Shown one piece after another: positions 29,416 through 38,893 of a stretch of DNA of 64,000 nt. This stretch comes from Parcubacteria group bacterium. GTDB lineage: Bacteria > Patescibacteriota > Minisyncoccia > Moranbacterales > UBA2206. The notes beneath the pieces are model-generated. The model made no database searches, was not told where the DNA came from, and worked only from the letters and a program-made list of their open reading frames with translations. Positions within the stretch are counted from its first letter, which is position 1; every line of letters begins with the position of its first letter. The DNA lies in the NCBI GenBank assembly GCA_041661275.1, contig JBAZUU010000003.1, positions 92,833 to 156,832 on the forward strand. Reading direction: 5' to 3'. Position numbers and translations under genes: made by a program.

Positions 29416-30669
29416 ATGCATCACTTGATAGTCTCAATCAAACTCGCTTTTAAAAACCTCCGCTCGAACATTGCCCGGACGCTTTTGTCATTGCTTGGCA
29501 TAGTCATCGGCGTGGCGTCTGTCATTCTAGTTTTGTCTTTTGGATCAGGAGTGAAACAATATCTAGTGGATCAGGTTTCTTCCTTTGGAACAGACATAAT
29601 GCAGATCGAAGTGAAAGTGCCGAAAGTCAACAAGATGTCTCAGGCTAATGCTGGTGGGCAAGTGGGTGGAGTGACTATTACTACGCTTAAATTAGAGGAT
29701 GCTCAAAAAATAGCGAAACTTCCCAACATTGATTCTTGGTATGCGATGGTAATCACCCAACAGATAACTAGTTTTGAAAATAAGAAAAAGCAAGCCATGA
29801 TAATTGGAGTGAGTCCAGATGTGACAAAAGCTGACCCAAAAACGGAAATTGATGAGGGACAGATGTTCACCAACGAAGACGATGGCGGCCTGCGACAGGT
29901 GGCGGTTTTGGGCAGCAAGATGAAAGAATATTATTTTGGCAGTGGTGACGCCATCGGTCAGAGCATCAAAGTGAAAGGCCAAACATACAAGGTTATTGGA
30001 ACACTCAAAAGCCGCGGCACAACCGGAGTTTTTTCTTTTGACGATACTCTTTATGTTCCCCTCCAGACAGCGCAGAAAAAACTAGCTGGAATTAATTATA
30101 TCCAAACGATGATTTTTAAACTGAAAGACATGACCAAGCTAGACCTAACTATTGCGCAAGCAACAGACATTATGCGGATACAACACCATATAACTAATCC
30201 GGACGACGATGATTTTGCGGTCAATTCTATTGTGGAAATACTAAATATTTTGAATACGGTTTTCTTTGCGGTAAACGCGCTTCTTCTCGCGCTCACCTCC
30301 ATTTCGCTAGTCGTGGGAGGAGTGGGGATAATGAATGTGATGTACGTGGCGGTAACGGAACGGACGTTTGAAATCGGTCTCAAAAAATCGGTCGGCGCCA
30401 AAAATTTTTCCATTCTCGCGCAATTTCTTTTTGAGGCAGTGTTTCTGACGATCCTTGGCGGCATCATCGGACTTATCGTCGGATTCTTGATTACTAGTGG
30501 AGCGGAAATTATTATCGCCAGTTTTGGCTATAAAATCGGTCTGACAATTACTTGGTGGTCGGTGCTCATCGGCGCCGGATTCTCTGCCGTTGTCGGAATC
30601 CTTTTTGGCTACTGGCCGGCGAGAAATGCGTCAAGAATGACACCGATGGATGCGTTGAGGAGGGAATAA
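29416..30669 (+). CDS. Second ABC transporter permease (MacB/FtsX-like)
   Basis: RTLLSLLGIVIGVASV, GGVGIMN, EIGLKKSVGA, PMDALRRE. Confidence 0.93.
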   Translation: MHHLIVSIKLAFKNLRSNIARTLLSLLGIVIGVASVILVLSFGSGVKQYLVDQVSSFGTDIMQIEVKVPKVNKMSQANAGGQVGGVTITTLKLEDAQKIAKLPNIDSWYAMVITQQITSFENKKKQAMIIGVSPDVTKADPKTEIDEGQMFTNEDDGGLRQVAVLGSKMKEYYFGSGDAIGQSIKVKGQTYKVIGTLKSRGTTGVFSFDDTLYVPLQTAQKKLAGINYIQTMIFKLKDMTKLDLTIAQATDIMRIQHHITNPDDDDFAVNSIVEILNILNTVFFAVNALLLALTSISLVVGGVGIMNVMYVAVTERTFEIGLKKSVGAKNFSILAQFLFEAVFLTILGGIIGLIVGFLITSGAEIIIASFGYKIGLTITWWSVLIGAGFSAVVGILFGYWPARNASRMTPMDALRRE

Positions 30670-30832
30670 ATTCACTTAGACATCACTTAGACATTTGATG
30701 TCTAAGTAGTAATATTTGATTTATTAAGACTTTTTCTATATCATAAGAGCACGTTTTTGTGTCGGTTGGGAGGAGCTGTTTTCGAGGGGGTCGCTCTTTT
30801 TGATTTGAATATTTTTGAGAAGGGAGAGTAAT

Positions 30833-31240
30833 ATGCAAATTAAAATCGATAAACCGCTTGGCGAAAGTAAGCTCGGCAGTACCTTTGGAACAAAATGGAA
30901 CAATCTTCATATGGGTACCACCAGTGCTATAACGTGCATATGCGGGACAAAGCACCCGGAACTTCCTGAAAATGCTGACAGCCTGATGGTTAGCCAGTTT
31001 TTGGGAGCGGAGGTGGTCGAGGAGTGCTGCGGAGCGGTTCTGGACATAGTTTACCAGGAATCCGGCGAGATTTTTGCCACAAGGTTTTTGGAGGAGTTCG
31101 CTGAAAACCCGAGCGATCCCAGATTTGCTGTGTTTAGACTGGAACTAAAGGGAAGTATCGCAGATGCAGTTCGGAAACTTTCCGAAGTCGGTGCTGAACT
31201 GCAAGGGATTGATCAGGACATTCAAAAAATAGGCGAGTAA
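30833..31240 (+). CDS. Hypothetical protein (CxCG...CC)
   Basis: ORF with purine-rich RBS and downstream hairpin. Confidence 0.6.
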   Translation: MQIKIDKPLGESKLGSTFGTKWNNLHMGTTSAITCICGTKHPELPENADSLMVSQFLGAEVVEECCGAVLDIVYQESGEIFATRFLEEFAENPSDPRFAVFRLELKGSIADAVRKLSEVGAELQGIDQDIQKIGE

Positions 31241-31456
31241 CAAATGCCTGCTGTCTTGGCTCGCGTTGCACATCCGTTCATTTGAATAGATGCGCAGCGC
31301 GGGCTGTTTTTATATCGATTTCAAATCATTGACAAATATTGTTTTTTAGTTAATAATAACCTGACATCTATGTATGTCGAGGTTCGTTAAAAATTTGTCA
31401 AAAACCAGGAATTTCCTGTTTACAGTTAATAACCCAACAATCAGAAGGGGATAGAT

Positions 31457-32662
31457 ATGGACGAAAAAGAAGCTATTGAGAATCATCGCTGGCGAGTGAA
31501 TATTTGCCTTTCGGGCAAATGTGATCGGGGATGCCACCATTGCCTTGCCAATGGCAGTATGAATGGCGGATCGTTTTTTACCCTTGAACAGGCGTATATT
31601 CTGGCCAAGAACGTAAAAAAATTTGTCGACACTTTGAACGACAGAAAAATTGATCTGAGGCTTGGATTTGCTTGTACTGGGAACGGCGAAATTATGCTTA
31701 ATTCGCAATATCCGCAAATTTTCGACGTTTTTTTCAACATTGCTTCGGATGTGGAAGCAAGAATTGTTACTTCTGGCGTCGACTCAAATGAGGAAGAGCA
31801 AAGATTGCTTGAAATACTGTCCAGGCCATATGCGAAGAAATTGGAATGGTATTTGAGCTTCAACCTTTTTCAGTCTGGTTTTCCCAAGCGGCTTGTGAGA
31901 ACGTTGAAATTGTTTTTTGAGAATGGTGTGGACAAGGTGATGATTAAGATAACACAAGCACCTCAGGATGTTTATGGAGCGATAAGGAAGCTCAATAGAA
32001 TCATTGAGGGATATTTTGCGAAATGGATCCGGGAAGTTAGGCCGCTCATTATCAGTCTCGATACAGATTTTGTTCCGGTTGATTTTTCAAAATCGACCGA
32101 ACAAATGATGCTGGATTTATTTGACGGCAACCTTTCACCGAATCCGGATATCAGCTCAAGAAATCTACAGGCCACCCTGAAGAATGTCCGATCGCCGACT
32201 AGAGAAACGCTGGGAGGGTTGTTTGTTCATTTGAACACCAACTTCGATCGTGCTTTCCGTTTCGAGACCCGTTACGGAGAGAAGAAAATTGTCTATGCTC
32301 CGCAGCATCTTATCAAGCGCGGTCGAGCAGCCACCCTGAAGAATGTCAGATGGCGATTCCCGGACATCAAAACTCCGTGCAGATATCTCCGCTCAACGGA
32401 AGAAAAAACTTCTCCCATTCACATCGGATCGGATGGGTTCTATTATCCAAGTTGTGATTGTCCGAGTGTTGAAGAAATGCGCATTGGGCATATTAAAGAC
32501 GATATTTCTTCTATGCTTAGTAGTTTCTATGTGTTGCATCGATTGCTGCTGTTTTGCATGATAAAAGATAACCAGTGGTATGACGACATATGCGACCATT
32601 GCATTCATGTCATGCAAAGACTGAGAAATCAGAAATTCCTCAGCGAGATAGGAATCGCATAA
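31457..32662 (+). CDS. Radical SAM protein with Cys-rich C-terminal extension
   Basis: CDRGCHHC (CxxxCxxC); C-terminal C..YYPSCDC..IG..CDHC. Confidence 0.8.
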   Translation: MDEKEAIENHRWRVNICLSGKCDRGCHHCLANGSMNGGSFFTLEQAYILAKNVKKFVDTLNDRKIDLRLGFACTGNGEIMLNSQYPQIFDVFFNIASDVEARIVTSGVDSNEEEQRLLEILSRPYAKKLEWYLSFNLFQSGFPKRLVRTLKLFFENGVDKVMIKITQAPQDVYGAIRKLNRIIEGYFAKWIREVRPLIISLDTDFVPVDFSKSTEQMMLDLFDGNLSPNPDISSRNLQATLKNVRSPTRETLGGLFVHLNTNFDRAFRFETRYGEKKIVYAPQHLIKRGRAATLKNVRWRFPDIKTPCRYLRSTEEKTSPIHIGSDGFYYPSCDCPSVEEMRIGHIKDDISSMLSSFYVLHRLLLFCMIKDNQWYDDICDHCIHVMQRLRNQKFLSEIGIA

Positions 32663-32813
32663 AATAGTCCCTCCGACCCCTTGCGGCCGGCGGGATTTTT
32701 CTTTATTCTAAAAATCAACAATATTACGCAATATTTTCCAAATTTTGCAACTTGTACATTTTTCTTATTGTGATAATCTATAAATACCGAGGTAAATGGC
32801 CTAAAAATATTTT

Positions 32814-33224
32814 ATGGACGAAATCAAAAATGTTGACGACTATGTCAATGACGCAAAAACGAAAGAAATTCACGACGGAGATGATAATGGAAATACAAAA
32901 AGAGGGAAAAGAGATTATTATATTGAATTAGCGCTGTTTTTGATTTTAGGAATTCTTCTGGGTGTGGCTATAAAAACAGAAGCGGTCAAAAAAGTGACGA
33001 TCGGATTCAATGATTATAAAATGAAAATCATGAATCAGGATTTTGATATAAACAAATTGGAAAAAGACGCGCTGGCCAAGCAAATGGAAGCAGCCAAACA
33101 AGATCAGGCAAATGGCGCGGCGCAAAATCCTGGAGATAATACTTCCGGTACGGATTCTAATGTTCCAGCGCAGGATAACGCGCAAAATAATACGCCAAGC
33201 GACAATAATTCACAAAATCAATAA
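32814..33224 (+). CDS. Hypothetical single-TM protein with N/Q-rich tail
   Basis: ORF with one hydrophobic helix. Confidence 0.7.
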   Translation: MDEIKNVDDYVNDAKTKEIHDGDDNGNTKRGKRDYYIELALFLILGILLGVAIKTEAVKKVTIGFNDYKMKIMNQDFDINKLEKDALAKQMEAAKQDQANGAAQNPGDNTSGTDSNVPAQDNAQNNTPSDNNSQNQ

Positions 33225-33243
33225 ATAATTATTTTTTAAATCT

Positions 33244-34317
33244 ATGGAAGACACTAAAAAAGGGGAGGAAAAGTGTAATTGCGGGAGCGCTGACTGCAAA
33301 GATTGCCAGTGTGCGAAAAGAACAAAAAATTTAATTTCCATTGCTATTCTTCTGGCTGGACTTCTTATTGGAAGTATTTTTGTTGATGTGGCGCAACTGA
33401 TGAAAGGCAGTGGATATTCTACAAAGAATCTAAATAAATCGGACATTTTTGAATCTTCCGGAAAAACCTGGGTGGCTTATGGCGATCCGGCTGTACCTGT
33501 GACTATCATCAATGACGATTCTTGCGAGAAATGCGACGTGACGGAGCCGGTAGTCTGGCTAAAACGTGTCTTGCCGACCATCAGTACCAAAAAAGTCAGT
33601 TATGACAGCGCCGAAGGAAAAAGCTTGATCGATAAATTTAGCATCAAAACTCTGCCGGCATTTATTTTTGATCCGGCTATAGCAAAAACTGAATTCTTTA
33701 CGCAAGCGGCGGTTATTTTTGATCAGAAAAACGGACAGTATGTTCTGAAAAATCAAGAATTAGGATTGCCAGCCGGGAAATATCTGGCGCTTCCGGACAT
33801 TTCTGAAGGTGACGCAACATTTGGGAAAACCGATTCCAACGTGAAGGTTGTGGTTTTCTCTGATTTCCAATGTCCATATTGCAAAATTCTTTATTCTACA
33901 TTACGGACTACGATGAAGCAATATAGCGACAAAGTCTATTTTGCCTATAAACATTTGCCGCTCGACATTCATTCTCAAGCTAACAATGCTGCTTTGGCAT
34001 CGGAATGCGCGCAGGATCAGGGAAAATTCTGGGAATATGCGGACAAGCTATATCAAAATCAGACATCCTGGTCAAACACAAAAGACGTGGCTAGTTTTAA
34101 AACTTATGCCAGACAGACTGCTGGTATAGATACTGCAAAATTTAACACTTGTCTAGACGACAAAAAGTTCCAGGACAAAATCGATGCTGACAAGAAAGAA
34201 GCGGGAGATTTCGGAATTTCCGGAACACCGGCAATTTTCATCAATGACCAGTTCGAAAATGGAGCAATGACTGCTGATCAGATGAAGCAGGCGATTGATT
34301 CAAAGTTGGCACAGTAA
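33244..34317 (+). CDS. DsbA family thiol-disulfide oxidoreductase
   Basis: FSDFQCPYC, HLPL, GISGTPA; additional CEKC domain; TM anchor. Confidence 0.88.
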   Translation: MEDTKKGEEKCNCGSADCKDCQCAKRTKNLISIAILLAGLLIGSIFVDVAQLMKGSGYSTKNLNKSDIFESSGKTWVAYGDPAVPVTIINDDSCEKCDVTEPVVWLKRVLPTISTKKVSYDSAEGKSLIDKFSIKTLPAFIFDPAIAKTEFFTQAAVIFDQKNGQYVLKNQELGLPAGKYLALPDISEGDATFGKTDSNVKVVVFSDFQCPYCKILYSTLRTTMKQYSDKVYFAYKHLPLDIHSQANNAALASECAQDQGKFWEYADKLYQNQTSWSNTKDVASFKTYARQTAGIDTAKFNTCLDDKKFQDKIDADKKEAGDFGISGTPAIFINDQFENGAMTADQMKQAIDSKLAQ

Positions 34318-34400
34318 GGCCACTGAGTTTCTTAGGATTATTAAGTAGCTTAAGGCCAAGGCGGGTTTGAAACCCGCCTTTGCTGTGTTATAATAAGAAA

Positions 34401-34970
34401 ATGAAAAATGGCAAAGATATTTTTGAAATAATCTTTCATGCCCGCGGTGGGCAAGGAGCGAAATCGGCTGCGGAGATTTTGGCGCAGGCGGCGCTCCATG
34501 AAGGAAAATTTGTCCAGGCTTTTCCCAGTTTCGGGCCGGAAAGATCGGGTGCGCCGACAAAAACTTATGTTAGAATATCTAACCATGAAATTCGCACGCG
34601 CGAACCTATTGTTGATCCTGATATTGTCATAGTTTTGGATGAAACACTTCTTGAAGCAACAAAAGTAACGGAAGGACTGGATAAAAATGAAGCGCTGATA
34701 ATAAACAGCCAAAAACCAGCGCATGAGATCGGTGAAATGATAAAATTCAACGGAAAAATTTATCCTGTCGATGCCAACGGAATTTCCATGGAAATCGTCG
34801 GTCAGCCTCGACCAAACACGGTCATTCTCGGGAAGATTGTCAAAATCGCGGAAATAGTAAAATTGGAGAGTGTTGTCTCAGAATTCAGGAAAATTTTTGA
34901 GGGAAAAATTGGGAAAGAAAATTGTGATAAGAATATTTTAGCGATAGAGCGGGCTTATGACACAATATAA
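34401..34970 (+). CDS. porC: Pyruvate/2-oxoacid:ferredoxin oxidoreductase gamma subunit
   Basis: HARGGQGA, FGPERSGAP, PNT. Confidence 0.9.
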   Translation: MKNGKDIFEIIFHARGGQGAKSAAEILAQAALHEGKFVQAFPSFGPERSGAPTKTYVRISNHEIRTREPIVDPDIVIVLDETLLEATKVTEGLDKNEALIINSQKPAHEIGEMIKFNGKIYPVDANGISMEIVGQPRPNTVILGKIVKIAEIVKLESVVSEFRKIFEGKIGKENCDKNILAIERAYDTI

Positions 34971-35070
34971 TCAGAACCACTGATTTTCACGTGATTAAAA
35001 TGATTCCACTGAATTTAAAAAAATCATGTGTAATCAGGATAATCAGTGATAATCTGTGGTTCAGATATTT

Positions 35071-35316
35071 ATGGAGTTAGGCGCAATAATAAAACACGAT
35101 CAGGCTAAAGCCCCAAAGACCGGCTCTTGGCGGTATATGAAGCCGGAAGTCGATAAATCAAAATGTATCGGTTGTTCAACGTGCGTGCCGTATTGTCCGG
35201 AAGCGACGATTGAGATAGTTGATAAAAAAGCGGAAATTGATTTTGAATATTGCAAAGGTTGTGGCGTCTGCGCGCAGGTGTGCCCAGCGAAGGCAATATT
35301 AATGAAGAAATCATGA
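35071..35316 (+). CDS. porD: PFOR delta subunit (2x 4Fe-4S)
   Basis: TGSWR..P, CIGCSTC..YCPE, YCKGCGVCAQVCP. Confidence 0.9.
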   Translation: MELGAIIKHDQAKAPKTGSWRYMKPEVDKSKCIGCSTCVPYCPEATIEIVDKKAEIDFEYCKGCGVCAQVCPAKAILMKKS

Positions 35317-36452
35317 CAAAAAATACTAAAAAATTAGCTCTAACGGGTGCCTATGCGGGTGCGGAGGCTTTGAAGCAAATAAATCCCGACGTTATGGCTG
35401 TGTATCCTATCACGCCTCAAACGCCGATCATTGAATCTTATGCTAAATTTTGCGCTGATGGAGAAGTGGAAACGGAAATGATCGAGGTAGAATCAGAGCA
35501 TAGCGCCATGAGCGCCTGTGTTGGATCTTCCGCGGCTGGTGCGAGAACGGTGACAGCATCGAGTTCACAAGGCCTGGCCTTGATGAACGAGGTTTTATAT
35601 ATCGCCAGTGGACTGCGACTACCAATTTTGATGCTGGTTTCCGCGCGAGCGTTGGCCGCGCCACTTAATATCCATGGTGATCATTCTGACGTCATGGGCT
35701 GCCGCGACAGTGGTTGGATCCAAATTTTTTGTGCTAATTCGCAGGAAGTTTATGATAAAACTATTTGCGCAATGTTATTGGCGGAAAAGGTAAAACTTCC
35801 AGTTATGGTTATTATGGACGGATTCAACACATCACACTGTGTGGAAAATATGGAGATTTTGGATGCGGATGCGGTCAAAAATTTTGTGGGGGAATATAAT
35901 CCGGAACAGTATCTTTTAGATATAGACAACCCAATCACAGTCGGGCCGGTGGCGTTGCAAAATTCCTATTTTGAATTTAGGCGTGATCTAGAGGATGCGT
36001 TCGAAAATGTGCAAGGGGAGCTGGAAAAAATATACGATGATTATGAAAAAATTTCCGGAAGGAAATATGGAGTGGTAGAAGAATATAAACTAGAAAATGC
36101 CGACAAGGTTCTGGTGGTGATGGGGTCAGTGGCGGGAACGATAAAAGATGCTATAGATGAACTAGAAAAAAGTGGTGAAAAAGTAGGACTTTTGGAAGTT
36201 AGCATGTTCCGTCCGTTTCCGTATGAAACAATTAAAAATGCCATTCATCATGTTTCCGATAAGGCAAAAGAAGTGATAGTTCTCGACCGAAATCTGACAT
36301 TTGGCACGAAACAGGTTTTGGCGTCAGAAATAACCCATGCTATCAAAAAAGAAGTGCGAAGCGTGGTTTATGGGTTGGGCGGAAGAGATACGTTTAAGAA
36401 GCAGATAATTGAATTAGTAGAGGGGAAAAATGAAACCGGTTTTATAATGTAA
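35313..36452 (+). CDS. porA: PFOR alpha subunit
   Basis: YPITPQT, ESEHSA, SSQGLALMNE, NIHGDHSD. Confidence 0.92.
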   Translation: MTKNTKKLALTGAYAGAEALKQINPDVMAVYPITPQTPIIESYAKFCADGEVETEMIEVESEHSAMSACVGSSAAGARTVTASSSQGLALMNEVLYIASGLRLPILMLVSARALAAPLNIHGDHSDVMGCRDSGWIQIFCANSQEVYDKTICAMLLAEKVKLPVMVIMDGFNTSHCVENMEILDADAVKNFVGEYNPEQYLLDIDNPITVGPVALQNSYFEFRRDLEDAFENVQGELEKIYDDYEKISGRKYGVVEEYKLENADKVLVVMGSVAGTIKDAIDELEKSGEKVGLLEVSMFRPFPYETIKNAIHHVSDKAKEVIVLDRNLTFGTKQVLASEITHAIKKEVRSVVYGLGGRDTFKKQIIELVEGKNETGFIM

Positions 36453-36523
36453 AACCTCTCTGTCATAATAAGAATTATGACATCTCTCCTTGGAAAGGAG
36501 AGAATGATAATGAAAAAATTTCT

Positions 36524-37429
36524 ATGAATAAAGATCTGACAAAACATCATGCTCCTGGACACAGCGCTTGCGCGGGGTGCGCGTTTCCGACGATTGCTAG
36601 AACCGTGTTGAATGAAGCTGGTGGTCCGGTGGTTGTGGCTAATGCTACAGGGTGTTTGGAAGTAACATCAACTTTGTATCCATACACCGCTTGGAAAGTG
36701 CCATATATTCACAGTGCTTTTGAAAACGCGTCAGCCACCATTTCTGGAGTGGAAAGAGCACATAAAATCTTGAGCCAAAAAGGAAAAGTAAAAAAGGAAA
36801 CCAAGTTCGTTGTTTTCGGTGGAGATGGCGGGACATATGACATCGGATTACAAAGCCTGTCAGGCGCACTTGAACGTGGTCATGATTTTCTTTATGTCTG
36901 CTATGACAACGGAGGATATATGAATACCGGCAATCAGAGATCGTCCGCCACGCCATATGGTGCGGCGACAGAAACGACACCGACCGGAAAACAGTCTTTT
37001 GGAAAGATGGAAGTGCGCAAAAACTTGATGGAAATAGTGAAAGCGCACGGCGTGAAATATCTGGCGCAAGCTAATGTAGCTAATCTTCCTGATCTCAAGA
37101 AAAAGGCCAAGAAAGCCTTTGAAACCAAAGGGCCGACATTCCTTTTGGTTTTTTCACCTTGCACTAATAATTGGAAATTCCCCACATCTGAATACGTCAA
37201 AATTGCCAAATTGGCGACGGAAACCAATTTCTGGCCACTATATGAAATTGAGAATGGAAAGTATAAAATTAACACCGCTCCGACGGATCCAAAGCCAGTC
37301 TCAGAATTTTTGAAAACCCAAGGACGTTTCAAACATCTATTCTCCGAAAAAAATAAACCAGTCCTTGAAGAAATCCAAAAAATGATCAACACGGAATTTG
37401 CGCGGATAGCTGAATTGACGGGTAATTAA
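36524..37429 (+). CDS. porB: PFOR beta subunit (TPP-binding)
   Basis: GHSACAGC, ATGCLEV, GGDGGTYDIG, YDN..YMNTG.Q. Confidence 0.92.
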   Translation: MNKDLTKHHAPGHSACAGCAFPTIARTVLNEAGGPVVVANATGCLEVTSTLYPYTAWKVPYIHSAFENASATISGVERAHKILSQKGKVKKETKFVVFGGDGGTYDIGLQSLSGALERGHDFLYVCYDNGGYMNTGNQRSSATPYGAATETTPTGKQSFGKMEVRKNLMEIVKAHGVKYLAQANVANLPDLKKKAKKAFETKGPTFLLVFSPCTNNWKFPTSEYVKIAKLATETNFWPLYEIENGKYKINTAPTDPKPVSEFLKTQGRFKHLFSEKNKPVLEEIQKMINTEFARIAELTGN

Positions 37430-37516
37430 GAGGTTGAAGAATTTATCCAAGAGCCCTCTCTGTCAGCCGAAGACGGCTGACATCTCTCCCAAAGGGAGAG
37501 AGGGAAATACTTTTTG

Positions 37517-37588
37517 AGCCGTCCATCGGACTTGAACCGATAACCTATGGTTTACGATACCATTGCTCTACCATTGAGCTAGGACGGC
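37517..37588 (-). tRNA. tRNA-Thr (anticodon CGT)
   Basis: Cloverleaf with acceptor gccgtcc/ggacggc, anticodon arm atggt-atCGTaa-accat and ggttcaagtcc T-arm; no encoded CCA. Confidence 0.92.
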
Positions 37589-37630
37589 GACTTATGTATC
37601 ATATATAAATAATCAAAATAATTCAACATT

Positions 37631-38146
37631 ATGAAACTTTACATCTGTGAAATTTGCGGTGATGCTTATATTGGTACGGAAAAACCGTCGGACTGCCCAT
37701 ATTGTGGGGCGAAAAATAATTTTATCAAGCTGGCGGATGAGGCGCAGCCGATAATCAACGTAAAATCCGAGATAAGCGAGCAATCCAGGAAAAACTTGAT
37801 GGAAACACTGGCGCTGGAAACGCGAGCCAATGCTATTTATATTTGTATGGCCGAGAAAGCATCGGAATACAAGTTTAACAAAATGTATAAGCGTTTGGCC
37901 AAAGTAGAATTGGAACACGCAATAATTGTCACGAAACTTTTGGGAATTCCAATGCCGGAAATAAATCCGGAAACATGCGCTTCGGATCTCAAAGAGAATT
38001 TCCAAAAAACTATTGAATTGGAAGACCACGCGACAGAAATATATAAAAAATTTGCGGCTGTTTCCACAGAAGACCATATCCGGAAATTCTTCGGGGCTCT
38101 CACGCAGGTAGAACAGGGACATATTGATCTCATAAAATCTTTATAA
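37631..38146 (+). CDS. Rubredoxin-like domain fused to a ferritin/rubrerythrin-like domain
   Basis: CEICG...CPYCG; E..ELEH..E..EQGH di-iron motifs. Confidence 0.85.
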   Translation: MKLYICEICGDAYIGTEKPSDCPYCGAKNNFIKLADEAQPIINVKSEISEQSRKNLMETLALETRANAIYICMAEKASEYKFNKMYKRLAKVELEHAIIVTKLLGIPMPEINPETCASDLKENFQKTIELEDHATEIYKKFAAVSTEDHIRKFFGALTQVEQGHIDLIKSL

Positions 38147-38892
38147 TGCTTAACGTTTGGTTATATACAATCATATCCGTCTTTGTTGTCAGTCTGATCT
38201 CACTCATCGGCGTTTTCACATTGTCTATCGACCAAAAAAAGTTATATAAATATCTCATTTATTTTGTCAGCCTTTCTGCCGGAACACTCATGGGAGACGC
38301 TTTTATCCATCTTATTCCAGAGGCGTATAAATCAGAAAATAGCGCTTCCGTTTCTATTTATATTTTGTCCGGCATTTTGATGTTTTTTATTTTGGAAAAA
38401 ATTCTTCACTGGCGGCATTGCCATGAGGAACCCTGCGAAGATCATCCTCATCCTTTTTCATATGTCATTCTCGTCGGTGACGCGGTGCATAATTCCATTG
38501 ATGGGATGGTTATTGCGGCTAGTTTTTTGGTGAGCATTCCGATCGGCATCGCTACAGCTATTGCTGTCATCTTTCACGAAATTCCTCATGAAATAGGCAA
38601 TTTTGGCTCGTTAGTCTATGGCGGATTTACCAGGTCAAAAGCCTTGATGTATAATTTTCTAAGCGCTATCTTTGCCATTCTGGGAGCAGTGCTGGTTTTA
38701 GTTATTAACATTACCGATGGTAGTCTAACCCGCTTTCTCATTCCTTTCGCGGCCGGTGGATTTGTCTATATCGCCGGAACGGATTTGATTCCGGAGCTGC
38801 ACAAGCATACGGAAATAAGAAAGGGAATTGCGCAGCTTCTGGCGTTTGTGCTGGGGATAGGACTGATGTTGGGACTTTTAATGTTGGAATAA
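38146..38892 (+). CDS. ZIP family metal transporter
   Basis: HLIPE, His-rich loop, HNSIDG, HEIPHE. Confidence 0.92.
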   Translation: MLNVWLYTIISVFVVSLISLIGVFTLSIDQKKLYKYLIYFVSLSAGTLMGDAFIHLIPEAYKSENSASVSIYILSGILMFFILEKILHWRHCHEEPCEDHPHPFSYVILVGDAVHNSIDGMVIAASFLVSIPIGIATAIAVIFHEIPHEIGNFGSLVYGGFTRSKALMYNFLSAIFAILGAVLVLVINITDGSLTRFLIPFAAGGFVYIAGTDLIPELHKHTEIRKGIAQLLAFVLGIGLMLGLLMLE

Positions 38893-38893
38893 T

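Noticed and set aside
34358-34380. aaggcgggttt-g-aaacccgcctt palindrome as a REP element
   Set aside because: Single copy in the window after dsbA; cannot be distinguished from a terminator
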